A stretch of 64,000 nucleotides of DNA from an uncultured Verrucomicrobiae bacterium (lineage in GTDB: Bacteria > Verrucomicrobiota > Verrucomicrobiia > Chthoniobacterales > JAFAMB01): assembly GCA_963762565.1 (NCBI GenBank), contig CAVXLD010000013.1:64001-128000 (forward strand). The letters are read 5' to 3'. The position numbers were made by a program, and so were the translations under genes. Shown in pieces: positions 28,928 to 38,670 of the stretch. Positions within the stretch are counted from its first letter, which is position 1; each line of letters opens with the position of its first letter. The notes beneath the pieces are model-generated. The model did not search any database. It was given only the letters and a program-made list of their open reading frames with translations, and was not told where the DNA came from.

Positions 28928-31900
28928 TCACCCCGGTATCGGCACTGTCAGGATGATGCTGGTTCCACAACCGGCAGCAGTTTGGATATCTAATTTCGCG
29001 TTAATTTGCGCAGCTCTTGTCCGCATATTCCGCAGTCCGAAGCCTTCACTTCTCTCCAGGCTAGTATTGGAGATTCCTGATCCATTATCAGTTACTTTAA
29101 GAATGAGATCAGGCGGTTGCCAACTCAGCGTCACGTTTACCAAAGTAGGCTTGGCGTGCCGAACGGCGTTACTGATCGCCTCCTGGGCGAAACGCAGCAA
29201 CTCATGTTGGATGCCCGGCGGTAAAATTTCTTCGGGTACGACGTCGAACTGGAAAACACAGCGCAACCGACCGGCAACGTTTGAGTGTTCAACTAAACGT
29301 TGCAACGTGGTAGTTAATCCTGATTCCTCAATAGCGTTGGAACCTAAGCTAAGAATGGATCTGCGGGCTTCAGCTAATCCAAACTTTGCTATTTCGTCGG
29401 CCCGGCGAATTTGGTGGAGCGGATCGCCTTCGTTCGCAACTAATTGCTCCCCGGCAACTCCGAGCTGCATCGAGATACCGGTGAAGCTTTGAGCCAGCGA
29501 ATCATGAATCTCAGCAGCAAGCTGATTTCTCTCTTCCAGAATGGCAGATTGCCTGGCGCATTTCGCTAGTCGAGTTAGATGAATGGCCAAGCTGGCTTGA
29601 GTCGCTAAGGCTCTTGCGATCTCCAGCTCCTCCAGACGAAAATCACGCTCCTCGGTGAAACGAAACGTCAGCCGCCCGTTTGGCTGACCCCGGGAAATCA
29701 GAGGAACGATCAACAATGTCTTGACGCCGAGCTGATGCAGGTAAGACCTCTGATCATCAGGCATGGGGGAATCCGGATCAAGAGTATGAATGATCGCCGC
29801 CGGCGGGTTCAAAAAAGTGGCGACACGTTGTTCGTCTTTGGTTCGGGTAAGAGGAGAGTGATAGAGGAAATGAGGATCAAATTGCTCCACCGAGACCGAC
29901 TGCCAGCGTTCGGGATAATTCGCTTCGTCCGGAGTCATCACCCGGCCATCTTGAAAGACGAGCTCCAGAGGCAGCGTATTTTGCTCAAAATTGCGCACTC
30001 GTAGGGTAGAAGAAACCGCACCCAACTGCCGGGTAATCGCAGCCATCACTTGCCCGAGGAAATCATCCAGTTCAGGCACCGAGGCCAGCGCATCCAAGCA
30101 CTCTCGCAGAGCCTCGTTTGCTTTTGCCAACTCGGTGGCGCGCCGCTGCGCAAAGAGTTCGCGCTCGCGTGCCATGGCTGTTCGCATTTCTTCGGCGCGC
30201 TTCGAATCGGTCACGTCCATCGCTGTGCCGATAAACTCCAGAACGCCTGAGTCGCTAACGACCGGGTGGCCCACCGTGTGGACATATTTTATCGATCCAT
30301 CTGGCAGAACGATCCGGTACTCCTGTTCAAAATCACTTCCTTCGCGAACCGCCTGATCAATGGTCTGCTCCGCACGACCTCTGTCCGCCGGGTGGATTCG
30401 TTGGAGAAACATCTGAAATGAGGGCAGCGCCTTATCCGGGTCGAAACCAAAGATACGAAAATGTTCTTGCGACCAGTACGCAACGCCGGTTGTGAAATTC
30501 CAAGCCCAGCTCGCGGTGTGGCTTATTTTCTCCCCTTCGGCCAAGTAGGCCTCACTCCGTCTAAGCTCTGTATTCACCCGGTTGAGGTCAGCATAGAGTC
30601 GCGCATGATCTAAGGAGATCGCAGCCTGCGAAGTCAGGATCTCCAGCATGGCCAGCCGCTTTGCTGTGAACACGCGAGGCGCCAAATTGTTCTCCAAATA
30701 GAGGATACCCACTAAGTTGACCTGCTTGACCAGAGGCAAACAAAGCACGGAGCGAGGACCTCGATGACGAACGTATTCGTCCTGCGAAAACAGGTTCTGG
30801 GTCGAGGCGTCATCAAGAATCACGCTCTCCTGGGTTCGAATCACGTACTGAAGAAGCGAGTCGGGTAAGTCAGAGGGCCCTACCGGCACATCTTGCAGTT
30901 GCACAACGACCGCGTCGCGCCGGGTTTTGGCTTCCGCTGCGATTCGAAGTTCTTCGCCATGCGGCAGAATCAAAAAGCCACGCTCGGCGCCAGCGTGTTC
31001 AACCGCGATCGTCATGAGTGCTTTGATCAATTTCTCCAACACAATCTCGCTGGAGACGGCGTGCGATGCCTTCATTACCGTCTCCAACTCGAATTGCTCA
31101 ACCGACGTGCCGATTGTTATAGTGGGTTGGACAAAAGCACGCTCTTCGATTGCGGGGTAACGTTCGTCGAGCTGTTTTACCTTGCCCAGCGCGCCCCAAC
31201 GCAGAAAGCAGTGGCGGGCGTCACGGAGGTAGGAACGCGCGGCTTTTTCGATGCCACGTTTTAGGTAGAACTGGGCTGCCAGCTCGTTGGCGACGCCCTC
31301 GTTCTGCACAAACCCATTCTCGCGCGCCGCCCGGATCGCCTCCTCGTACAACCGCATGGCATCAAGGTCCCGCCCTTCGAGGCGAGCAAGCTCAGCTGAC
31401 ACCAATGTGTGTTTGTCGCCGAAAGTCGGTGGATAGTTTTCGGCCCACTCGAGCAGTTGTTCCCGGTGCGTCGTTAGCAGGGCGTGCCACTCAGTCTGTT
31501 CGTCAGCAGTAGCGTTCTCGTAGAGTGCCGCTACCGTCAGAGCGGTGTAGTAAAAGTAGTCGAGTAACTGGATCCAAACGGCCGACGCCCAAAGCAGCTC
31601 CTTCGCCTTGTCGGCTGCTGCCAGCGCCTCAGCGTAGTCTCCCGACAGGAACCGCGTCTTCAGTTTGACGATCCAATAGAGGGAGACCATCGTGGGAATC
31701 CGGTCCTCCGTTAGGCGCGCCTCGAAGGCTGCCTCGTCGAACTGCGCATCTCCGAAGGTGGAGAAGGTCGCGGTCCGTCCTTGCATCGTCGCGATGAAGC
31801 GTTGATAGCTCACTAGAGCATCCGCCATATCGCGGAACCCGCCCTTCCGGACGAAGTCCAGGCTCTTCTCGGACTCGAGCCACACCGCCTCGAGCGGATC

Positions 31901-34900
31901 GTTTCGTAATAGAAGCCAATGAACGGACTGGCACATGCTGTAGCAAGCGAAGGTCAGATCACCCGTCTCAATTGCGATGCGAATGGTCGCCCGATTAAAA
32001 TCGATCGCCGTCGTGATCGGCTGCGTCCACTGAGCAGCTAGCCCCATCGCATGGTAGACCTTCGCCTGATAGGCGATGAAGCCGTGTTTTTGGACCAGGT
32101 CGTATGCGAGCTTGGCGAATCGATACCCCTCGCTGTAACGGTGAAAGACTGGGCCGAGGATATGCCCGAGGATGCCATAGGCGTGCGCGCACGGGCCGCT
32201 CGTCCCATGCTGCATGCTGAGGTTCACCATGCGGCACACGAGCATGGGAAATAAGTGCAGGTCAGTAAAGTATGCTGAGGGAGTAAGAATCGAGAGCAGC
32301 TGCATCGCGGCCTGCAGTTCCGGATCGGTCATTATCGGCAGATCGATTAGCTCCTCGAGCGGGCGCCCGTCGAGAGTCTGCCAGACCGTATCGTATTCGG
32401 TCTGGACCTGTTCCCGGGTCGGGTGTACCGGGATGTCGATGCCAAACAGGTGGAGGCACTTCAACGCGATAGCCACGGCTTGCGCGTTTTCCGACTTGAC
32501 GGTGTGGAGCAGGACCTTCAAGTGGTAGGCCGCCGCTTGGTCGACTTTCGACGCCCCGCGCTGCAACAGCTCTCTAGTCAGTTGCTCGGCTGTGTCGAAG
32601 TTACCGGTCAGAAACTCGCACTCCGCGCGCTCGAGCCGCAGGCTGAACATTAATTCGTACTGGCTGTCCCAGTCTCTTTCGTCGAGCAGTGCCAGACCGG
32701 CCGCTAGGTACACGCACGCCGATGCAAAGGCTGCTGACGCCTTAGCTTTTCGCCCAGCACGCAGGTTGATAGCCGCCACCTGCGTTTTTTCGTCCGGCTC
32801 GCCCAGTTGTGCGGCGCCCCGATTGAGCTGGTTGGCGACATCGAACGGATGCTCGGCGAGGCTCTCCGCCGTCATACTAGCCAGTAGCAAGCGACCGATG
32901 CGCAGGTGGACTTCGGCACGGCGCTCTTCTGGGATCAGTGTATAAGCTGCCTGCTGGATCCGGTCGTGCAGGAACTTGTAGGCGCTGTGCTCGCGAAAGA
33001 CAAGTCCAGCATGGACGGCCTCCCTGAGCGCCGCGTCCATCACCTCCTCTGATTCCCCGTGAACCAGAGCTAGGGTGGCGAGCTCGGCGACGTTGCCAAG
33101 GCAGGCGAGCTGTTTCAGCGCCTCCTGGGTAGTGGCCGAGAACCGCTTCAGCTTCCCGGCCACCAGATCCACCACGTTGTCGGTGTAGCTCTTGGCGCGG
33201 ATACGGTTGATGTCCCATTCCCAAGCCAGCGCGACTGGGTTGAACGAGAGCAGCCCTTCTTCCGCCAGCGCCATGAAAAATTGGATGGCGAAGAATGGAT
33301 TGCCTCCGGTCTTCGCTTGCACCAATTGCGCTAATGACCGCGCGGGTTCCAGCTCGCACTGCAGCGCATCCGCGACGAGCCGGCTAATATCGTCGATCCG
33401 GAGCGGCTCCAGGACGATCTCATGCACCCGCGCGCCGGCGTTGCGAATCGCCTCGAACATCCGTCGAAGTGGGTGCGTGGCGCCAACCTCATTATCTCGA
33501 TAGGCTCCAATTAGAAGCAGGTACCGCGCCTCAGAGTGCGTGACCATGTGTTCGAGGAGTTCGATCGTCGCTGTATCCAGCCATTGCAAATCGTCGAGGA
33601 AAAGGGCAAGCGGGTGCCCTTTCCTGGCGAATACGCTGAGGAAGCGCCGGAATACCGTCTGGAAGCGATTCTGGGCTTCATGCGGCGGCAGCTCCGGAAC
33701 CGGCGGCTGTTTTCCGATCACCAGCTCTAGCTCAGGTACGAGGTTGCTGACCAGCTGACCATGCGGGCCCAGAGCCTTGCTTAGTGCATCGCGCCACCGG
33801 CCAAGCTCCGCGTCGCTCCGCCCCAAAAGAGGGCGCACCAAGCTCTGGAAAGCTTGGGCCAGGGTGGCATAGGGGATGTCGCGTTTGTACTGGTCGAACT
33901 TGCCCGAAGCGAAGAGACCACGCGGCGGGACGAGTACCTTATGTACCTCATGGACCACCGAAGACTTACCAATACCGGAATAACCAGACACGAGCACCAG
34001 CTCCGAAGTGCCATTCGTCACGACCCGGTCGAACGAAGCGAGCAACGCGTCAATTTCGCGCTCCCGGCCGTAAAGCCGCTCCGGGATCAGCAGCCGGTCC
34101 GATACATCTTGCCCGCCGAGCGGGAACGGCTCGACCCGTCCGACCGACTCCCATGTAGCCAGACACTTTCTAAGATCAGCCTCGACCCCAGCAGCAGTCT
34201 GGTACCGCTCCTCGGCCGTCTTGGCTAGCAGCTTCATGACAATCGCTGAGAGCGGCGCCGGAATTTCGTTCGTAACCTGGTCGGGTGTGATCGGCTGCCG
34301 GGCGATGTGGCAGTGCACCCACTCCATCGGATCCGAAGCGGTAAAGGGCAACACCCCCGTGAGCATTCGGTAGAAGGTGACGCCCAGCGAATAAAGATCA
34401 CTCCGGGAATCGATCGACCGATTCATCCGGCCGGTCTGTTCGGGCGCCATATAGGCAAGAGTACCGGCGATCATCTCAGGTGGTTCCGCCGGCTGGCGTT
34501 CGCGGGGAAGACGGGAAGCGATATCGAAACCGGTCAACCAGGCAGAGCCACTTGCGGAGTCCACCAGAATCCGGCTCGGCTTGATATCCTTGTGGATGAG
34601 CCCTCGCTGATGGACCTTGCCCACGGCAGTGGCAATGCTGACGGCCAAGCGTAGGAACCGGCCTATTTCCATCGGTTGGCCCAGAAGTCGATCGAGCGGT
34701 TCGCCGCCGGGGTCCTCAAACACCAGCATCGGCCGGCCTTCACGCTGAGTCAGAGCGAGTGGTCGAACCGCCCAGTCCGAATCGAGCTCATTCCGCAGGG
34801 AGTAGGCGTGCTCAAGCCGCTCTAAGGTTCCTGGAACTGGATGCTCTGAGACTGGACTTGCCAAAAGAATAGTTGGGAGATCGCCATCATTCGACCTGCC

Positions 34901-34966
34901 CCGGAACAAGGCGAATTCCTCGTCCTCGCGCAGCTTTTCAAACTGGTATCTGGAAAGGTCTATCAT
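28928..34966 (-). CDS. Multidomain Ser/Thr kinase-like + AAA ATPase + GAF + PAS + GAF + HisKA_3/HATPase sensor kinase
   Basis: HKDIKP, GTLAYMAPEQTGR, Walker A GYSGIGKS, LFLDDLQW, GAF (RSVLCLPL...LYLENN), PAS (IHPADR), EIHDSLAQ, EAISNAVRHA, DNGSG, GFGLRNM. Confidence 0.92.
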   Translation of the reverse strand: MIDLSRYQFEKLREDEEFALFRGRSNDGDLPTILLASPVSEHPVPGTLERLEHAYSLRNELDSDWAVRPLALTQREGRPMLVFEDPGGEPLDRLLGQPMEIGRFLRLAVSIATAVGKVHQRGLIHKDIKPSRILVDSASGSAWLTGFDIASRLPRERQPAEPPEMIAGTLAYMAPEQTGRMNRSIDSRSDLYSLGVTFYRMLTGVLPFTASDPMEWVHCHIARQPITPDQVTNEIPAPLSAIVMKLLAKTAEERYQTAAGVEADLRKCLATWESVGRVEPFPLGGQDVSDRLLIPERLYGREREIDALLASFDRVVTNGTSELVLVSGYSGIGKSSVVHEVHKVLVPPRGLFASGKFDQYKRDIPYATLAQAFQSLVRPLLGRSDAELGRWRDALSKALGPHGQLVSNLVPELELVIGKQPPVPELPPHEAQNRFQTVFRRFLSVFARKGHPLALFLDDLQWLDTATIELLEHMVTHSEARYLLLIGAYRDNEVGATHPLRRMFEAIRNAGARVHEIVLEPLRIDDISRLVADALQCELEPARSLAQLVQAKTGGNPFFAIQFFMALAEEGLLSFNPVALAWEWDINRIRAKSYTDNVVDLVAGKLKRFSATTQEALKQLACLGNVAELATLALVHGESEEVMDAALREAVHAGLVFREHSAYKFLHDRIQQAAYTLIPEERRAEVHLRIGRLLLASMTAESLAEHPFDVANQLNRGAAQLGEPDEKTQVAAINLRAGRKAKASAAFASACVYLAAGLALLDERDWDSQYELMFSLRLERAECEFLTGNFDTAEQLTRELLQRGASKVDQAAAYHLKVLLHTVKSENAQAVAIALKCLHLFGIDIPVHPTREQVQTEYDTVWQTLDGRPLEELIDLPIMTDPELQAAMQLLSILTPSAYFTDLHLFPMLVCRMVNLSMQHGTSGPCAHAYGILGHILGPVFHRYSEGYRFAKLAYDLVQKHGFIAYQAKVYHAMGLAAQWTQPITTAIDFNRATIRIAIETGDLTFACYSMCQSVHWLLLRNDPLEAVWLESEKSLDFVRKGGFRDMADALVSYQRFIATMQGRTATFSTFGDAQFDEAAFEARLTEDRIPTMVSLYWIVKLKTRFLSGDYAEALAAADKAKELLWASAVWIQLLDYFYYTALTVAALYENATADEQTEWHALLTTHREQLLEWAENYPPTFGDKHTLVSAELARLEGRDLDAMRLYEEAIRAARENGFVQNEGVANELAAQFYLKRGIEKAARSYLRDARHCFLRWGALGKVKQLDERYPAIEERAFVQPTITIGTSVEQFELETVMKASHAVSSEIVLEKLIKALMTIAVEHAGAERGFLILPHGEELRIAAEAKTRRDAVVVQLQDVPVGPSDLPDSLLQYVIRTQESVILDDASTQNLFSQDEYVRHRGPRSVLCLPLVKQVNLVGILYLENNLAPRVFTAKRLAMLEILTSQAAISLDHARLYADLNRVNTELRRSEAYLAEGEKISHTASWAWNFTTGVAYWSQEHFRIFGFDPDKALPSFQMFLQRIHPADRGRAEQTIDQAVREGSDFEQEYRIVLPDGSIKYVHTVGHPVVSDSGVLEFIGTAMDVTDSKRAEEMRTAMARERELFAQRRATELAKANEALRECLDALASVPELDDFLGQVMAAITRQLGAVSSTLRVRNFEQNTLPLELVFQDGRVMTPDEANYPERWQSVSVEQFDPHFLYHSPLTRTKDEQRVATFLNPPAAIIHTLDPDSPMPDDQRSYLHQLGVKTLLIVPLISRGQPNGRLTFRFTEERDFRLEELEIARALATQASLAIHLTRLAKCARQSAILEERNQLAAEIHDSLAQSFTGISMQLGVAGEQLVANEGDPLHQIRRADEIAKFGLAEARRSILSLGSNAIEESGLTTTLQRLVEHSNVAGRLRCVFQFDVVPEEILPPGIQHELLRFAQEAISNAVRHAKPTLVNVTLSWQPPDLILKVTDNGSGISNTSLERSEGFGLRNMRTRAAQINAKLDIQTAAGCGTSIILTVPIPG

Positions 34967-35398
34967 GATAGGCTTTCCGTTGGTCGGTCACACCAAAGCC
35001 GATGGCGCGCAGATGGCCTTTTTAGGCTGCGTCGGATCTCGTCCTTAGTCTCACGGCGCGACCTCTGCGCGAGAGGATCATCTGCAGCCAGAAATGGGGG
35101 TCGGAAGCGAGATGACGGCCATTTAGCCAAAACAACTAATTCTAATCCCCTATTAGTATGAATCTATAAATCTTTCGGGGTTAGTAGAGTTCTTGCTAGC
35201 AGCATGTTGATGCTTCTGTTTTCGATCACGCATCCCGGATGGAAGCTGGGAATATCGGTCGACCGGCTATTGAATCCGCCAGAGCAGCACGTAACTCCGG
35301 GGCTCCAGGCGCAAAGCCAAGCGGTAAAGACCTTGCCAATGGGTCCGACTGTTGAGACCGCAACGCGCTAAGCGCGATTTGCTTATTTTCCCGACCAA

Positions 35399-35780
35399 TT
35401 ACCCAACCATCTCATTTTGTGTACTTAACCTGCACGCAAAATGGTAGGCTGCGGAAAATAGAGAAGAGCAGACGCATAATTCCTCTTGATCCTGGGGGGT
35501 ATACACAACAACCGCCCCAGCCGGCATTAAGCCGAAGGAACGAAGGTAATGCGGCTCGGCCCAGCCACGCACGATGGCCCAATGAGCGCACACCAGAGGT
35601 AACGCTAAATAAATCGTCGGTGCTCCGAGTAGCACCCGAGCAAACTCGCGGATCCCGATAAAGGCCGACGAGTCATCGGTGACAGCGGCTTCCTTTAACC
35701 GTATGCGGATGGTATCCGGCCGACCGACTGGTGGCGGCGTTGACTCAATGTGGTCCCTAGGTTGTTCATGAAACCGTTGT
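35399..35780 (-). pseudogene. Truncated luciferase-domain/DUF5519-like protein
   Basis: Frame reads ...AFIGIREFARV...IYLALP......AIVRGWAEPH...VVVYTPQDQEEL...AAYHFAC; a stop and no clean start upstream. Confidence 0.45.
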
Positions 35781-35864
35781 CATTTTCTTCAAGAATGCCC
35801 GCCATTTTGTTCTGCGAAGAGTCCTCAGCTCGCATCGTCTAAGGATTTCACCGATTAGCAGCGG

Positions 35865-36548
35865 CTACGCGGGTTGGGCGGCTCGGCTCCGGGCTTGTTC
35901 CTGGTTCGGTACTGGACGCTCGGGATGGAGGAAGCGGAACATGCCAGCAGCGACCGCCCCTGCGATCAACTGACTGAGCCAATACATCCAGAGACTTCCT
36001 GGCGTCAGTCCTCCCATCATGAAGGCACCAACAACGACAGCGGGATTAAAAGCGCCACCGGAGATCGCGCCGACGGCAACAGCTTGCACAAAGACCGTGA
36101 ACCCGATCGCCAGCCCGTAAAACGAGTTCCCGGAAGTCGCCGGCGCCGTCGCAACATTTAAGACCGTATAAACCAGAGCAAACGTACCCAGAAATTCAGC
36201 CAGCATGATCTGCACTGGAGAGGAGGTGATCGCTGCCGCACTGGCGTGCCCAAAGAGCACTGGCACAATGAGCGAGGCGACGGTTGCGCCGATCACCTGA
36301 GCGACAACATACGATCCTGCTTCTAACCTATTACAAGCACCGCGGATCCAGGCCCCTAGCGTGACCGCGGGATTGTAATGGCCGCCACTGATGTGTCCGC
36401 CCGCGAAAATCATCACCATGAGTGAAGCACCAATCGCCAGTGGCCCCAACAGCACATGAGCTTGCGAGGAGACGCAACCGATCACGAAAACCAGAAAGAA
36501 CGTTCCAATGAATTCAACAATACATTTTCTTAAAAGTAATCCATCCAT
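35865..36548 (-). CDS. MIP family aquaporin/channel
   Basis: EFIGTF, SGGHYNPAVT, EFLGTF, SGGAFNPAV; RBS aggagg before ATG 36548. Confidence 0.92.
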   Translation of the reverse strand: MDGLLLRKCIVEFIGTFFLVFVIGCVSSQAHVLLGPLAIGASLMVMIFAGGHISGGHYNPAVTLGAWIRGACNRLEAGSYVVAQVIGATVASLIVPVLFGHASAAAITSSPVQIMLAEFLGTFALVYTVLNVATAPATSGNSFYGLAIGFTVFVQAVAVGAISGGAFNPAVVVGAFMMGGLTPGSLWMYWLSQLIAGAVAAGMFRFLHPERPVPNQEQARSRAAQPA

Positions 36549-36901
36549 AACCAAGAACCTCCTAGAGAAGGACACCACAGCACGCTGGCAATCCGAATCT
36601 TCGCCCACACTACTGCCCCTCATTTTCACTGCTATTGCCGCGCCGGATGATTATTTGCTACTCAAAAGGGTTAACTCTAGAGGGTGTTCTAACCTGCACT
36701 GGCAGGGAGATGTTTTGGAAGATCGGATAGTGACCACCGAGCAACCTTAGGTAGGACATCGACCGTATAACCTTAGGTGCTCAGCCTCCGGGCCAAGTTG
36801 TTAAAAGGGAACTGTAGCGGATTTCGGCGGACAATCTTGCACGTGTGACCAGGCTGCGGTGTTGCCAAGAAATCGAATACAGTGAACGCTCCAGCACTCG
36901 C

Positions 36902-37273
36902 GTGAAGATATCACCTCGCTTAATTCTGTTTTCCGGTTTGGTCTGGGTGTCTACTCTGTTTGGAGGTTTGGCTCCGGCTGAAACGCTTATCTCCGATGCA
37001 GAAGCGGCTCAGCATGTCGGGCAAACCGTTTCGGTAGAAGGGACAATTACCAAGGTGTTCAGGAGCAAGAACGGAAACACTTTTCTCAATTTTGGTGGAG
37101 ACTACCCGAATGTCACTTTCGTGGTTTGGATCCCTCAAGACGCCCCGGAGGCAGCGGATCCGAATCTGACAAATCTGCAGGGTAAGAAGGTGAAGATCAG
37201 TGGAACGGTCCAGCTCTATCGCGGTAAACCGGAGATTAAGGTCAATACCAAAGAACAGATCGTGGTTGAGTGA
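36902..37273 (+). CDS. Exported OB-fold protein
   Basis: Signal peptide; HVGQTVSVEG.I..V, FLNFGG.YPN, L.GKKVKISG.VQLYRGKPEI. Confidence 0.7.
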   Translation: MKISPRLILFSGLVWVSTLFGGLAPAETLISDAEAAQHVGQTVSVEGTITKVFRSKNGNTFLNFGGDYPNVTFVVWIPQDAPEAADPNLTNLQGKKVKISGTVQLYRGKPEIKVNTKEQIVVE

Positions 37274-37278
37274 AAATT

Positions 37279-37450
37279 CAAAACCTCAACCGCAGATGAA
37301 CGGAGATTTACGCAGATATCGATCAGGTTGATCACCGCCAGGGAGTTAGAGGCGTTTGTGTTACCGGACCGATTGTTATTGGTCGACGGCTCAATATGAC
37401 CCCGAAACAAAATCTGCGTACATCTGCGTTAATCTGCGGTTGAGGTTTTT
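37279..37450. mobile_element. MITE-like element bounded by inverted ATCTGCG decamer arrays
   Basis: Left arm aaaacctcaaccgcagatgaacggagatttacgcagat; right arm atctgcgtacatctgcgttaatctgcggttgaggttttt. Confidence 0.8.
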
Positions 37451-37494
37451 CTGTCTTCGTCTCTCGTTAGTGCATACTAACTGCCTTGCGTCGG

Positions 37495-38670
37495 CTACAC
37501 TTTTTCCAGCGCCTCGGCGAGATCTGTTCTCAGGTCTTCCAAGTCTTCCACACCGACCGACAGGCGGACCAGAGTATCGTCCACACCCAGGGCTTTTCTT
37601 TGCTCGGGCGGAATCGAGGCGTGCGTCATAATCGCTGGGTGTTCGATCAGGCTTTCAACACCACCCAGGCTCTCGGCGAGCGCGAAAAGATGGGTGTTCT
37701 CCAGAAACCGCCGGACGCCGTCCAGGTCGGTATCAAGGTAGATCGTGATCATGCCGCCGAACGCTTTCATCTGGCGCTTGGCTAAATCGTGTTGAGGATG
37801 GGAGCTTAAGCCCGGGTAACGGACGCGGCTCACTTTGGGATGCTTCTCCAACCACGCAGCAAGATCCGACGCATTGACGCAATGCCGTTCCATCCGCAGG
37901 GCCAACGTCTTTAAACCGCGCAGGGCAAGGAAGCTGTCGAAAGGTCCAGCTATCGCTCCTACTGCATTTTGAAGAAACGCCAGCCGGTCGGCCAATGGTT
38001 GCCGGGCTTCACCTGGACCAACCACGACCACGCCGCCAACCATGTCGGAATGGCCGTTTAGATATTTGGTCGCTGAATGAACAACAATGTCGAACCCGAG
38101 ATCAACGGGATGTTGAATCCAAGGACTGGCAAACGTGTTATCCGCAACTGCGATTAAGCTGTTTTCGCGGGAGAACTCCCCGATCGCCTGCAAATCAATC
38201 AACTTGAGTAACGGGTTACTGGGCGTTTCGACCCAGATCATGCGCGTGTTCGGGCGAATGTTTTTCTTTAGGGTTGAGGGATCGGATAGATCCAAAAAAG
38301 TGAACTCGAGGTTAGCGGACTTGGATCGAACACGCTCGAAGAGACGAAACGAGCCGCCATAAAGATCGTCACTGGCGATGATGTGCGATCCTGAGTCCAA
38401 AAGTTCTAACACGGTCGCCATGCCGGCTAAACCGGAAGCGAAAGCGAAACCGCGTTGGCCGTTCTCGAGATCGGCCACACACCGTTCATAGGCCAGCCGG
38501 GTGGGATTGATACTACGGGAGTAATCGTACCCTTTGTGTTTTCCTGGGCTTTCCTGAACGTAGGTGGAGGTCTGATAAATCGGGACCATGATCGCACCCG
38601 TCGAAGGATCGGGCTCCTGGCCGGCATGGATTACTCTGGTAGCAAACGAATGTCGTTTTGATGAGCTCAT
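37495..38670 (-). CDS. Cystathionine gamma-lyase/gamma-synthase
   Basis: PIYQTSTY, YSRSINPTR, ETPSNP, DNTFASP, HSATKYLNGHSD, LAESLGGVESL. Confidence 0.93.
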   Translation of the reverse strand: MSSSKRHSFATRVIHAGQEPDPSTGAIMVPIYQTSTYVQESPGKHKGYDYSRSINPTRLAYERCVADLENGQRGFAFASGLAGMATVLELLDSGSHIIASDDLYGGSFRLFERVRSKSANLEFTFLDLSDPSTLKKNIRPNTRMIWVETPSNPLLKLIDLQAIGEFSRENSLIAVADNTFASPWIQHPVDLGFDIVVHSATKYLNGHSDMVGGVVVVGPGEARQPLADRLAFLQNAVGAIAGPFDSFLALRGLKTLALRMERHCVNASDLAAWLEKHPKVSRVRYPGLSSHPQHDLAKRQMKAFGGMITIYLDTDLDGVRRFLENTHLFALAESLGGVESLIEHPAIMTHASIPPEQRKALGVDDTLVRLSVGVEDLEDLRTDLAEALEKV

